NCBI GenBank assembly: GCA_965219085.1
Contig: OZ244720.1
Location: 1,792,001 to 1,856,000, forward strand
DNA: 64,000 nucleotides
Source: Dehalococcoidia bacterium
GTDB taxonomy: Bacteria; Chloroflexota; Dehalococcoidia; UBA2979
Direction of reading: 5' to 3'
Shown: positions 19,524 through 30,526 of the stretch, piece by piece
Layout: each line of letters opens with the position of its first letter
How positions within the stretch are numbered: position 1 is the stretch's first letter
Notes under the pieces: model-generated
The model's database searches: none
What the model was told of the DNA's origin: nothing
Seen by the model: the letters and a program-made list of their open reading frames with translations, nothing else
Made by a program: the position numbers and the translations under genes

Positions 19524-20823
19524 CTACTCCCTCGCCACGGGGATCGCGCGCCGTGGTTCCGGCCGAAGCCGACGAAGAGCGCGTCGCCCATCTCGACGAG
19601 AGCACTGACATAGTCCGCGCTCCGCCAGCCGTACGCGTCCCGGACACCGCCCTCCCCATCGACGACGGCCAGGAGCAGGAGCGACTGGCCGTACTCCCAT
19701 GCAGACCAGGCCGTTGACCCGTCGCGGCGGGTCTGGGCTGGCGTCCACGTCCAATCCGTCAGCTCGGACAGCGCGGGCGGTGCGGGAGGGACCTCGTGCT
19801 CTCCCCAGACGGGCGCATCGCCGTCCCAGCCCGAGGGCCAGCCAGGCGCGCCGGCGCCGGGTGCGGGGAACACCGTGCCGGAGCGAATCCAGCGGACCTG
19901 AACCGCCGAGTCCCACGACGTGGTGTCGGTCCGCTCCCGGACGGACCCGTCGCGCCCCAGCTCACCCACGTACTGCCGCCGTCACGCGAGACCCAGACTT
20001 CCTGCTCGGCATCGTCACTGGCCTCGTCGACGCCGCCGCAGTCCCCCACCACGCAGAGCGAAGCCGCCATCAGCCTCCCGCTCTCGCTCACGTCGAAGCT
20101 GACGAGGTAACCGAGGTCGTCCAGGGGAGCCAATGGATCGTCCACCAGCAACTCGCCGTCCCGCTCACTGAAGACCGTCCGCGGGACACCAACCGACCCG
20201 GCATCGCAGCGCCAGAAGCAGCCGCGAGCGGCTGAAGAGCGCATAGCCGGCTGGCTGGTAGCGCGGCTCACCGAGAGGCAGGTCCGTGAACGCCAGGAAC
20301 GGCGGGGATGCCTGGCCGAGAGTATCGCCCCCCAGCAGACGACACTGGAGTCCGAGCGTTGCCCGCATGTGTAGTCGGCCCCTCCGGCAAGAGACGTGAA
20401 GCGCTCACCCGTGGGCGGCGATGCCTGGCCCTCGTTGTCTTTGCCCCAACAGATGGCGCTGCCATCTGCGCGCAGTCCGCAGCTGTGAAACGAGCCCGCG
20501 GCCAGGGCGATGAAGCGCTCACCCGCGGGTGGCGACGCCTGGCCCGAGTAGTTGTTGCCCCACCACACAGCCTCGCCGGTCTCGATCAGCCGGCAGCCGT
20601 GGTACGAGGTCGCCAGGACGATGAATCGCTCACCCTCGAGCGGCAACCCTGGACCGCCGGCACCCCAGCAGACCGCGCTGCCATCCTCACGCAGGCCGCA
20701 GGTGTAGGTGCTCCCCACGCTCAGAGAGACAAAGCGCTCAGGTTTGCTTCGGGGGACTCGCGAGCGCTGCACACTGCAAGCAGCGCCGCGGGCAGAACGA
20801 GGACGAGCCATTCTCTGACCATC
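19524..20823 (-). pseudogene. Frameshifted RCC1-repeat lipoprotein
   Basis: Signal/lipobox (LLAVCS) in one frame; RCC1-like repeats (AGSFHSCGLRADGSAICWG) in a second; further frame switches downstream. Confidence 0.65.
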
Positions 20824-20865
20824 CGTCGAGGCTCCGCGCAGCATGCGTCGCGCAGGCAGCGACGG

Positions 20866-21747
20866 TCAGGCGACCTCCAGCGGCAGCGACGGATCGGCGG
20901 CGTACTCCGACATCGAGGCGTCGTAGACCGCGACGTTCTCGTAGCCCAGCAGCGAGAGGACGAGGGCGTCGTTGGATGCGGCGATGCCGCCGCCGCAGTA
21001 CGTGACCACACGCTGCGCCCGCCCCGCGCCCGCCTCTTCGAAGAGCGACGCGAGTTCGTCCGCCGGCCGGTAGAGGCCGGTCTCGGGGTCGGTCAGCTCC
21101 ATCGACGGCACATTGGTCGCGCCGGGAATGTGCCCGGGACGCCCGTAGGCCCCTCCGCCGTCGGCGCCCGAGTGTTGTTCCCGACTCAAGGCGTTGATCA
21201 GACAGCTACCACCCGTCTCGCTCGCGTCGATGAACGCCCTGACCTCGCCGAGGTCGGCGAACCGGGCCGGATCACGAGCAGGCACGAACGTCGTGGGCTC
21301 GTACGTCCCTGTGTCCGTCGACACAGCCCGGCCCTCGGCGCTCCAGCGACGCCAGCCACCGTCGAGCACGGCCGCGCCTTCGCAGCCCATCGACCGGAAC
21401 ATCCACCACAGTCGCGCGGCCCACGCCGACCCCGAGCGGTCGTACAGGACCAGCTTCGACGACTCCGAGATGCCATGCCGTGCGGCCGCCTCGGCGAACG
21501 CCTCGGCCGAGGGCATCATGAAACGCAGGTTGTGGTCGTTGTCGGAGAAGTCGCCCTGCAGGTCGAGGAATCCCGCGCCGGGCACGTGTCCCGACTCGTA
21601 CTCCGCCCGTCCCGGCTCGACCTGAAAGCCGCCGCCGTCGCGGGGACGCAGGAAGACGGTCGTCTCGAAGACGCGGACGTCGTCATCCGCCAGATGCTCC
21701 GCCAGCCAATCGGTCGAAACGAGGAACTCCGGGTGCGCGAATGCCAT
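20866..21747 (-). CDS. Two-domain rhodanese/sulfurtransferase (SseA-like)
   Basis: LVSTDWL, GHVPGA, AARLWW, GHIPGA, YCGGG, VYDASMSE. Confidence 0.9.
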   Translation of the reverse strand: MAFAHPEFLVSTDWLAEHLADDDVRVFETTVFLRPRDGGGFQVEPGRAEYESGHVPGAGFLDLQGDFSDNDHNLRFMMPSAEAFAEAAARHGISESSKLVLYDRSGSAWAARLWWMFRSMGCEGAAVLDGGWRRWSAEGRAVSTDTGTYEPTTFVPARDPARFADLGEVRAFIDASETGGSCLINALSREQHSGADGGGAYGRPGHIPGATNVPSMELTDPETGLYRPADELASLFEEAGAGRAQRVVTYCGGGIAASNDALVLSLLGYENVAVYDASMSEYAADPSLPLEVA

Positions 21748-21949
21748 GATCTACTCCAGCCGATCTGAGCGTGCCTTGCGTGTGCCTGTTCGCGCCCCAG
21801 TATCCGCGCCCCGCGGATCGTTTGCGACTGGTTCCTCGATCGCCCGGCGTCGCCCGCGGGCCGATGGGCGATGCGGGATGCTCGACAGCGAGATGCCGGC
21901 GACGCAAGACTGCGCGGGACACCCGTGTGGCAGCAGAGTGGAGCAGAGC

Positions 21950-22378
21950 GTGACTCAGTACGTGCCGAGCCCAGCCGAGTGGGTCAGGAACCAGGTCGAG
22001 CTCTACGAGAGCACCGACGGCGCCGAGGGGTGGGAGTTGCGCGGGTTGCCGATCGTCATCGTGACGCACCGCGGGCGCAAGACGGGCGCGACCCGCAAGA
22101 CGCCACTGATGCGCGTCGCCGATGGTGACGGCTACGTGCTCGTGGGATCGCTGGGCGGTGCGCCGCGGAACCCCGTCTGGGTCTACAACCTCCTCGCCGA
22201 GCCAGACATCGAAGTGCGCGACCGCGCCGTGGTCCAGGCGATGCGCGCCCGGCTGGTCGAGGATCCCGACGAGCGCACGCGGCTCTGGAGCGTCGCCGTC
22301 GAGGCGTACCCGGACTACGCGGACTACCAGGAGCGCACCGAGCGCGTGATCCCGCTCTTCCGGGCCGAGCCCGTCTAG
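21950..22378 (+). CDS. Deazaflavin (F420)-dependent nitroreductase family protein
   Basis: GRKTG..RKTPL, SLGGAPRNPVWVYNL, YADYQERTERVIP. Confidence 0.9.
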   Translation: MTQYVPSPAEWVRNQVELYESTDGAEGWELRGLPIVIVTHRGRKTGATRKTPLMRVADGDGYVLVGSLGGAPRNPVWVYNLLAEPDIEVRDRAVVQAMRARLVEDPDERTRLWSVAVEAYPDYADYQERTERVIPLFRAEPV

Positions 22379-22595
22379 ACGGTCCTCTTCCTCGGTAGCC
22401 GGGTGGGACGCTGCTACGCCATCGATCCCACCGTTCGCGGTCGACGCACGCGAGTTGAGTGCAGGCAGTAGCGAGGAACCCCCCGCCCTCGCTGTTCTAC
22501 GATGCCCCCCATGGAGCGTCGCGCGAGCAGTGCGGCGTGCCCCGGCTGCTCGAATACCGAGTGCCGAGGGCCTGAGCCGACCGGACGAGGTGCGG

Positions 22596-25500
22596 ATGAG
22601 GACACGGCTGGCGATGCTACTGGCGGCGATCCTGCTCGCCGTGGCGGGCGCGCATCCCATCAGCGCCCAGGGCACGAGCGGCGATGGACCGGCCGTCGAG
22701 GTGCGGGTTGCGGCCCGGCGCCTCGCGAGCGGAAGTACCGAGTTCGCGCTCCAGCAGCGGAGCGCCGACGGAGCGTGGGACGAGCGCCAACTGCCGCGGT
22801 CGCGGTTCTTCCCGGCAACCACCGGGGTGGGGCGCTGGCTGGCGAGTTCACCGCTCACGGTGAGCGGGCCGACGGGGCGGGAGAGGCCGAGGTGCGCGTC
22901 GCCGCACGGTTGCTCGCCGACGGACGCATGGAGTTCGCGGCGCAGCAGCGCGGCGCGGATGGGGAGTGGGGCGAGCGGCTGCTCCCGCGGGCGCGCTTCT
23001 TCCCCGCGAACGCTACGGTCGGGCGCTGGTTGGCGAGCACGCCGCTCACGGTGACGTTGCCCGCCGCGAGTTCCGCGGCCTCAGACCGTGCCGCCCTCGT
23101 CGCCCTCTATCGGGCGACGGACGGCCCGAACTGGCGCGATAGCTGGAACTGGCTGACCGACCAGCCGCTCGGCGAGTGGTACGGGGTGCAGACCGACGAC
23201 GCGGGCCGAGTTGTGGCACTCAGCCTCTTGGCGAACGATCTGGCGGGGTCGCTCCCGCCCGAGCTGGGCAGGCTGACCGGCCTGCAGGAGCTCGAACTCG
23301 GGTACAACCTGCTGGAGGGCCCGCTCCCGCCTGCACTGGGTGAGCTCCCGAACCTCGAGCTCCTCGATCTCGCGGTCAACCCCCTGTTGGAGGGGCCAAT
23401 TCCTGCCGAATTGGGTCGCCTGACGAACCTTCGCGTCCTGGATCTGTCCTCGACCTATCTGGGCGGGCTGATCCCGGACGAGTTCGCGAACCTCACGAAT
23501 CTGGAAGCCCTCTACCTGGATCACGCCGGGTTGGTCGGGTGCGTCCCACCGAACCTGCGGGGCGTGCCCTACATAGACGTGCCCCAGCCCGGGCTGGCGT
23601 TCTGCCTGGTTGGCGTGCTCACCCCCAGCGCGGACCGGGCCGCGCTGGTCGCCCTCTAAGAAGCCACCGACGGGTCAAACTGGACCGACAACACGAACTG
23701 GCTGACCGAGAAGCCGGTCGGGCAGTGGTACGGCGTCCTCGCGGACGACGACGACCGGGTCGTGGGCCTGTATCTCTGGGAGAACGGGCTGGCGGGATCG
23801 CTCCCGGCTGAGTTGGGCAGCCTGATCCGTCTGAGGGAGCTGGCCCTCCCGGAGAACCAGATCGGTGGCGCGCTCCCGGCCGAACTGGGCGCCCTCGCCA
23901 GCCTGCGCACGCTGAGCCTTGGCTACAACCAGTTGACCGGGCCGATCCCGGCCGAACTGGGCGCTCTCGACAACCTGCGTGGCCTCGCGCTGTTCTACAA
24001 CCGCCTGAGCGGCCCCATCCCCGCCGAGCTGGGCAGCTTGCCCTACCTGGAAAGGCTGAGCCTGTAGTTCAACCAGCTGAGCGGTCCGATCCCGCCCGAG
24101 CTTGGCGGCCCTTCCAACCTGTCCCAGCTGTACCTGGCCGGCAACAACCTGAGCGGTCCGATTCCCGCAGAGCTCGGCAGGCTCGAGAGCCTCCGACGGC
24201 TCGAACTCGGGGGCAACGAGTGGAGCGGCTGCGTACCAGCGGAGCTCCAGCACGTCGAGGGCGGCGACCTCGACCGGCTCGGCCTGCCGTTCTGCGGTTC
24301 GCCGGGGGAAGCAGCAGTGCGCTCAGACCGAGCCGCGCCGGTCGCACTCTACGAGGCGACGGACGGGCCCAACTGGACGAACAGCACGAACTGGCGCACC
24401 GACAAGCCACTCGGCACATGGCACGGCGTCACCGTCGGTGGCGATGGCCGTGTCACCGAGCTGCAACTGCAGTCGAACCAGTTGAGCGGCCCGATCCCGG
24501 CCGAGCTGGGCAACCTCACCAGCCTGCGCCAGTTGTCGCTTGGCAAGAACCGGCTCAGTGGCCCTCTTCCAGCGGAGCTGGGTGAACTCGCCAGCCTGGA
24601 AATGCTGGTGCTCAACGATAATCAGTTGAGCGGGCCGCTACCGGCCGAGTTGGGCAAGCTCGTCAAGCTGGAACACCTGGGACTCGGATCCAACGGGTTG
24701 AGCGGGCCGGTCCCGGCCGAGCTGGGAGGCCTCACCAACCTCACCTACCTCAGCTTCTGGCGCAACGACCTGAGTGGGCACATCCCGGCCGAGCTTGGCG
24801 ACCTCTCGAGCCTCGAGTACCTCACCTTCAGGGACAACAACCTGAGCGGGCCAATCCCGGCGGAGCTGGGCCGTCTCGCCAACGTGCGAACACTGGATCT
24901 CGAGGGCAACGACTTGAGCGGGCCGATCCCGCCGGAGCTGGGGGGACTCACTAGCCTGTTCCAGTTGAATCTCGCCGAAAATGATCTCAGCGGGCCGATT
25001 CCGGCGGAACTCGGCGGCCTCACCGGCCTGTGGTGGCTGTACCTCTGGAGCAACGAGCTGAGCGGGCCGATCCCCGGGGAACTCGGCGGCCTCAGCGGCC
25101 TGCGCCGGCTGTACCTCGCCGACAACAACCCGGACGGGGGGATCCCCGGGGAACTGGGTCGGCTCGCCAACCTGACGACGCTCGACCTCTGGGCCAACCA
25201 GTTGAGCGGGCCGATCCCCGCGGAGCTGGGCAGCCTCACGCGGCTGGAGACGCTGAACCTGCACACCAACCAGTTGAGCGGCCCGATTCCGCCTGAGCTG
25301 AGCGGCCTGACCGGCTTGCAGACGCTCGTGCTCTCCACGAACGAGTTGAGCGGGCCCGTCCCGGCCTGGCTCGGCAGCCTCACCGAGTTGCAGGCGCTGC
25401 GCCTCAAGAACAACCAGTGGACCGGCTGCGTCCCCGACGAGCTGCGGCAGATATCGCAAAACGACGTTGCCGAGCTCGGCGTCCCGTTCTGCGAGGCGGG

Positions 25501-26329
25501 GGGCTCGGTGGCTTCTGACCGGGCGGCGCTGGTCGCGCTCTACGAGGCGACGGACGGCCCCAGCTGGAAGACCAGCACGAACTGGCTCACCGACAAGCCA
25601 CTCGGCGAATGGCACGGCGTGTGGACCGACCCGTTCGGCCGCGTCACACAACTGCTCCTCAATGACGAGGGGTTGAGCGGGCCGCTCCCGCCCGAGTTGG
25701 GGAACCTCACGAGCGTGAACTATCTGGCGATCCGCGGCAACAAGCTGACCGGGCCGATCCCGCCCGGACTGGGCAAGCTCGTTGACCTCACCCAGTTGTT
25801 ACTCGACAGAAACGAGTTGAGCGGGCCCATCCCCACCGAACTCAGCAAGCTCGTCCGGCTGTGGGTGCTCGACCTCTCGTCGAATGCGTTGAGCGGGCCC
25901 ATTCCGACGCAGCTGGCCGACATGCCTGTCTTGGGCTCGTTGTACCTCCGCGAGAACAACCTGAGTGGGCGGATCCCGCCTGAACCGGGCGCCCTCTCTC
26001 ACCTGACCTGGCTGGACCTCGGAGGTAATCAGTTGACCGGCCCGATCCCGGCCGAATTCGAGAGCCTCACCGGTCTGTACGTGCTGCATCTCTAGGGGAA
26101 CGAGTTGACGGGACCGATCCCGGCCTGGCTGGGCAGCATCGCCAGCCTGCAGTCCCTGCGTCTCCATGTAAACGACTTCAGCGGCCCGATCCCGGCGGAG
26201 CTGGGAAACCTCACCAACCTGACCGAGCTGCGGCTGTCCGGCAACGAGTTGAGCGGTTGCCTTCCGGCCGCGTGGCGAAACGTCCAGCACAACGACGTCG
26301 CGGACCTGGGCCTCCCCGACTGCGACTGA
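22596..26329 (+). pseudogene. Secreted plant-type leucine-rich-repeat protein, pseudogenised
   Basis: Signal peptide; four DRAALVALY-type capped blocks of LxLxxNxLSGPIPAELG repeats; in-frame stops at 23657, 24065, 26093; frameshifts near 22880 and 24310. Confidence 0.88.
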
Positions 26330-26364
26330 GCACCCGGGCGGGTCCTCGGGGGCAGCCGCCCGGC

Positions 26365-26811
26365 CTACGCGTCGGCGAAGACTGCCTGCATGTTCCTGGC
26401 GAAGTCACGGACCATCGCGTCGGCCTTGCGGCGGATCAGCGGCTGACCCAGCTCCGCGAGGCGTCCCGAGAACTGGACATCGGCCGTGACGCGCAACTCG
26501 CTATCGCCCGGACCCAGCGGCTCGACGCGCGCCTCGATCACGGCGTCCACGCCCGCGCCGATGCGCCGGTCGCGTCCGCCGCCGCGTGCGTGCAGCGTCC
26601 CGTCGTCGCCGCTGTGCACCTGCGCCTGGCCGGACAGCGAGAATCCGACGGGGCCGAGCCGCACCCGCAGCCGGCCCTCGTACTCGTCGTCGCCGACGAG
26701 GGTCACGCCCTCGACGCCCGGCACGCAGGCCGCGACGCTCGGCACGTCGGCCAGGAAGGCCGTGACGGCATCCGGCGTTGCGTCCACGGTGATGGTGTGC
26801 TCGAAGATCAT
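26365..26811 (-). CDS. CoxG/SRPBCC family protein
   Basis: ACVPG, RVRLGPV, SGRLAELGQPLI motifs; last gene of the operon. Confidence 0.85.
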   Translation of the reverse strand: MIFEHTITVDATPDAVTAFLADVPSVAACVPGVEGVTLVGDDEYEGRLRVRLGPVGFSLSGQAQVHSGDDGTLHARGGGRDRRIGAGVDAVIEARVEPLGPGDSELRVTADVQFSGRLAELGQPLIRRKADAMVRDFARNMQAVFADA

Positions 26812-27674
26812 GCATTCCCCGCCAGCAGCGTCCGCTCGAGGGCGCGGCGGGTGAAGACGACGGCCATCTCGCGCTTGTAGTCCGCCGAGCCGCGGAAGTC
26901 GTCCAGCGGATCGACGTGGTCTCGCACCGCCTCGGCTGCGAGCCGTACCGCCTCGGCGCTCACGGGCTGCCCCGTGAGCGCGCGCTCGACCTCGGTGGCG
27001 CGCACGGGTGTCGGGCCGGCCGCGATGAGCGCGACGCGCACGCTGGTGCACGTCGCGTTGTCGACCTCGCCTAGCGCCGCGACCGCGACCGTCGCGTAGT
27101 CGTCCTCGGTGCGCGGCAAGAACTTGAGGTATACCGAGCGCGCCCCCGCGGCCGGCCGCGGCACGGTGATCGACTCGATGACCTCGCCCGGGTCGAGGGC
27201 GCCCTCGTAGTAGTCGACGAACAGGTCCTCGACCGCGATGGTGCGGGCGCCGCGGCTCGACACGGCCCGCACGCTCGCGCCGAGCGCGATCAGGGCGGCG
27301 GGCGGATCCTGCGCCGGGTCGGCGTGTGCGAGGCCGCCACCGACGGTCGCCATGTTGCGGATCCGCACGGTCGCGACGCGTGCGTACGTCTCCGCGAGCA
27401 GCGGCGCCGCCTCGCGCACCAGCGGCGACGTCTCCACCTCGCGATGGCGCACGAGCGCGCCGATATGGAGCGCGCCGCCGTCCAGCCGGATCTCCGACAT
27501 CCCCTCGATGCGGTCGAGGCTGACGAGGTGCCCGGGGAGCGCGAGCGACTGCTTCATCAGCACGACCAGCGCCGTCCCCCCGGCGAACGGCCGGGCGTCC
27601 TCGCCGTGCTCGTCCAGGAGCGCGCACGCCTCCGGCAGTGTGCGGGGCCGGTGGAACGTGAAGTCGTGCAGCAC
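26808..27674 (-). CDS. Xanthine dehydrogenase family FAD-binding (medium) subunit
   Basis: AGGT, IRNMATVGG, ADP..D, DDFRGSADYK. Confidence 0.9.
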   Translation of the reverse strand: MLHDFTFHRPRTLPEACALLDEHGEDARPFAGGTALVVLMKQSLALPGHLVSLDRIEGMSEIRLDGGALHIGALVRHREVETSPLVREAAPLLAETYARVATVRIRNMATVGGGLAHADPAQDPPAALIALGASVRAVSSRGARTIAVEDLFVDYYEGALDPGEVIESITVPRPAAGARSVYLKFLPRTEDDYATVAVAALGEVDNATCTSVRVALIAAGPTPVRATEVERALTGQPVSAEAVRLAAEAVRDHVDPLDDFRGSADYKREMAVVFTRRALERTLLAGNA

Positions 27675-27675
27675 C

Positions 27676-28140
27676 CTACGCCTCGCCGTGCGAGGCGGCA
27701 TCGGCGATGGCCTCGAGGATCTGGTAGTAGCCCGTGCAGCGGCAGAGGTTGCCGGTCATCCAGCGCTTCGCCTCGTCCTCGGTGGGCGCCGGGTTCACGT
27801 CGAGCAACGCGCGCGCCGCGATCAGCTGGCCCGGCGTGCAGATCCCGCACTGCAGCCCGCCGCGCTCGAGGAAGCTCACCTGGATCGGGTCCAGGCGGTC
27901 ATCCTCCGCGAGGCCCTCGACGGTGACGACGTCGGCCCCGTCGGCCTGCGCCGCGAGCGTCAGGCATGACGCCACCATGCGGCCGTCGAGGAGCACCGTG
28001 CAGGCCCCGCACACGCCGACCGAGCACGCTTCTTTCGTGCCCGTCAGCCCGAAGCCTGCGCGCAGCAGGTCGATGAGCAACTCTCCGGCCGGGGGATCGG
28101 CCTCGACGGGCTGGCCGTTCACGGTCAGGCGCATGGTCAC
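27676..28140 (-). CDS. Xanthine dehydrogenase family 2x[2Fe-2S] (small) subunit
   Basis: CSVGVCGAC, QCGICTPG, CRCTGY. Confidence 0.93.
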   Translation of the reverse strand: MTMRLTVNGQPVEADPPAGELLIDLLRAGFGLTGTKEACSVGVCGACTVLLDGRMVASCLTLAAQADGADVVTVEGLAEDDRLDPIQVSFLERGGLQCGICTPGQLIAARALLDVNPAPTEDEAKRWMTGNLCRCTGYYQILEAIADAASHGEA

Positions 28141-30413
28141 CTCGTCGCTCCGCCCGGGCTGTCGGCGCGGCCGCCGCGGGACTCCTGGTCCCTCAGCGCG
28201 CGGTAGACCTTCTCCGAGGTGAGCGGGAGCTCGGCGATGCGTACGCCGGCCGCGTCCGCGACCGCGTTCGCGATCGCCGCGGCCACCGGCACGTTCGGCG
28301 TCTCGCCGATGCCCTTGACGGCGTAGGGACCGACCCCGGTGTCGGACTCCAGGAGCACCGTCCGCAGCTCGGGGATGTCGAGGCTGGTCGGGATCTTGTA
28401 GTCGCCGAACGACAGCGTCACGACACGCCCGTCCTCGACGGTGAGCTCCTCCATGAGTGCGTACCCGAGGCCCTGCACGACCCCGCCGTTGATCTGGCCC
28501 TGGTGTCCCACCGGGTTGAGCACGCGCCCCACGTCGTGGGCCGTGGTCAGCCCGAGGACGCGCAGTTCACCCGTCTCCGGGTCGACCTCGACCTCGGCGA
28601 TCTGCGCGACGAAGCCCGTCACGCGCACGGGCTCGGTGTCCTCGATGTAGGCGCGGCCGACGACGCGCTCTTCCCATTCGGCCAGCAGCTCGGGCCAGCG
28701 CAACGGCTCCTCGCGCCCCTCGACGCGGATCTCGTCGCCGTCCAGGGTGATCGTCGCCTCGGGCTCGCCGAGGCGCTCCGCGGCCAGCCGTACGAGGTTG
28801 CGACGCGCATCCTGTGCGGCCTCGTAGGCCACGGCGGTGTTCACGCGCGTGGCGCGGCTCCCGCCGATGCCAGAGTCGTCCACCGTGCCGTCCGTGTCCC
28901 ACACCTCGAGCCGGATGCGGTGCAGCGGCGTCCGCAGCTCCTCAGCCACCACTTGCTGGAGCGTGGTGTGGGTGCCGCTTCCCTGGTCAAAGATCGCCGT
29001 CCCCAGCACCACCGCGCCGCCCGGCTCCAGTGCGACCTCGGCGTTGCCGATCCCGCCGCCGGACCCGTGGTCGCCGATGGCGATGCCGCGGCCGACGAAG
29101 GGGCCCCTGGCCTCCGCGTAGCCGGCGGCGTCCGCGGCAGCCTCGAGGGTCTCCTTCACCCGTACGTGCTCGAAGCGCTGGCCCCACGCGGTCTCCTCGC
29201 CGTCCTCGATGAGGTTCCGCATCCGGAAGTCGAGCGGGTCGAGGCCGAGCCGGTGCGCAACCTCGTCGAGGTGGCTCTCCAGCGCGAAGACGGCCTGCGG
29301 GGATCCGGGAGCTCGCATGTGGCCTCCCGGCACGGTGTTGGTGTAGACGTGAATCGACTCGATGCGGGTGTTCGGCACCCGGTACGGCCCGGCCGCGCGC
29401 GGCGCGCCGCCGATCACGCCGGCCGGCTTGTACCCGGCGTACGCGCCGCTGTTTACGAAGAACTGCACGTGGTGCGCCCGGATCGAGCCGTCCCGCATCA
29501 CGCCCGTTCGCAGCCGGGTGCGCGTCGCGTGGCGCGGGCTGCCCGCCATGAACTCCTCGATGTAGTCGGCGACCATCCGGACCGGGCGGCCGGCGGCGCG
29601 GGCGAGGAAGTAGCAGACCGGCAGGTCCAGCGGCGTGCCTTTGCCGCCGAAGTCCCCGCCGATGTGCGAGTGATGCAGCACGATGTCGTCGCGCGAGAGG
29701 CCGACGGTGGCGGCCAGGTCGTCGCGGATGTTCTGGGGCACCTTCGTGTTGGTCCAGACGTGCGTGCGGCCGCCCTCGATCGACACCAGCGAAGCGTGCG
29801 GCTCCAGGTAGGCCTGGTGGTGGCGCTGCGTCTCGTACTCGCCCTCGACGATGATGTCGGCCTCGGCGAAGCCGGCGTCGAGGTCACCGCGTTCGTTCAC
29901 CGTCCACTGGTACGCGTTCGACGGCTCGCTCAGGGGTCGGGCCCCGGGGTACGCGTTGAAGCCGGGGTGCAGCAGCGGCGCATCCGGCTCGAGCGCGGCG
30001 TCCAGGTCGAGGACCGCGGGGAGATCCTCGTAGGTGACGTCGATCAGGTCGGCCGCGTGGCGGGCGATCTCCTCGGTCTCCGCGGCCACGGCGGCGACGC
30101 GCTCTCCCGAGTAGCGCACCACGCCACGCGCGAGCACCGGTATGTCCTTGATGCGACGCCCGTACAGGTACGCGCCGACGTCCTCGCCGGTGATCACCGC
30201 GTGGACACCCGGCAGGGCGCGCGCCGCGGCGGTATCGATGCCGAGGATGCGCGCGTGCGGGCGCGTGCTGTGGACGAGCCTGCCGGAGATCATGCCGGGG
30301 ATCGTCTGGTCGGCCACGTAGCGCGCGGTACCCGTGACCTTCGCCAGCCCGTCGACGCGCGGCGTTGGCCTCCCGAGCTCCACGTAGTCCGCCACGCGCC
30401 GATCCTCTCCCAC
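28137..30413 (-). CDS. Xanthine dehydrogenase family molybdopterin-binding (large) subunit
   Basis: KVTGTARY, GGDFGGK, MRAPG, GQINGG..QGLG, KGIGE; substrate unknown. Confidence 0.92.
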   Translation of the reverse strand: MGEDRRVADYVELGRPTPRVDGLAKVTGTARYVADQTIPGMISGRLVHSTRPHARILGIDTAAARALPGVHAVITGEDVGAYLYGRRIKDIPVLARGVVRYSGERVAAVAAETEEIARHAADLIDVTYEDLPAVLDLDAALEPDAPLLHPGFNAYPGARPLSEPSNAYQWTVNERGDLDAGFAEADIIVEGEYETQRHHQAYLEPHASLVSIEGGRTHVWTNTKVPQNIRDDLAATVGLSRDDIVLHHSHIGGDFGGKGTPLDLPVCYFLARAAGRPVRMVADYIEEFMAGSPRHATRTRLRTGVMRDGSIRAHHVQFFVNSGAYAGYKPAGVIGGAPRAAGPYRVPNTRIESIHVYTNTVPGGHMRAPGSPQAVFALESHLDEVAHRLGLDPLDFRMRNLIEDGEETAWGQRFEHVRVKETLEAAADAAGYAEARGPFVGRGIAIGDHGSGGGIGNAEVALEPGGAVVLGTAIFDQGSGTHTTLQQVVAEELRTPLHRIRLEVWDTDGTVDDSGIGGSRATRVNTAVAYEAAQDARRNLVRLAAERLGEPEATITLDGDEIRVEGREEPLRWPELLAEWEERVVGRAYIEDTEPVRVTGFVAQIAEVEVDPETGELRVLGLTTAHDVGRVLNPVGHQGQINGGVVQGLGYALMEELTVEDGRVVTLSFGDYKIPTSLDIPELRTVLLESDTGVGPYAVKGIGETPNVPVAAAIANAVADAAGVRIAELPLTSEKVYRALRDQESRGGRADSPGGATR

Positions 30414-30526
30414 GTCGCGACGCCGGCCGCATTATCGCACCCGCAAACGGGGAGCGCCGCGCGGCGAGACGCGGCGAGGTGACGGCGTTACGGGCTGTTC
30501 CCGGCCGCTCCGATCGGGGCCGTGCC

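Noticed and set aside
23657-26095. Stop-codon readthrough or recoding in the LRR gene
   Set aside because: Stops are mixed (TAA and TAG) and accompanied by frameshifts; TAG is a normal stop in many genes here
26365-30413. Aerobic CO dehydrogenase (coxLSMG)
   Set aside because: The large-subunit active-site loop reads HMRAPGS, not AYxCSFR (form I) or AYxGAGR (form II); kept as a generic molybdoenzyme
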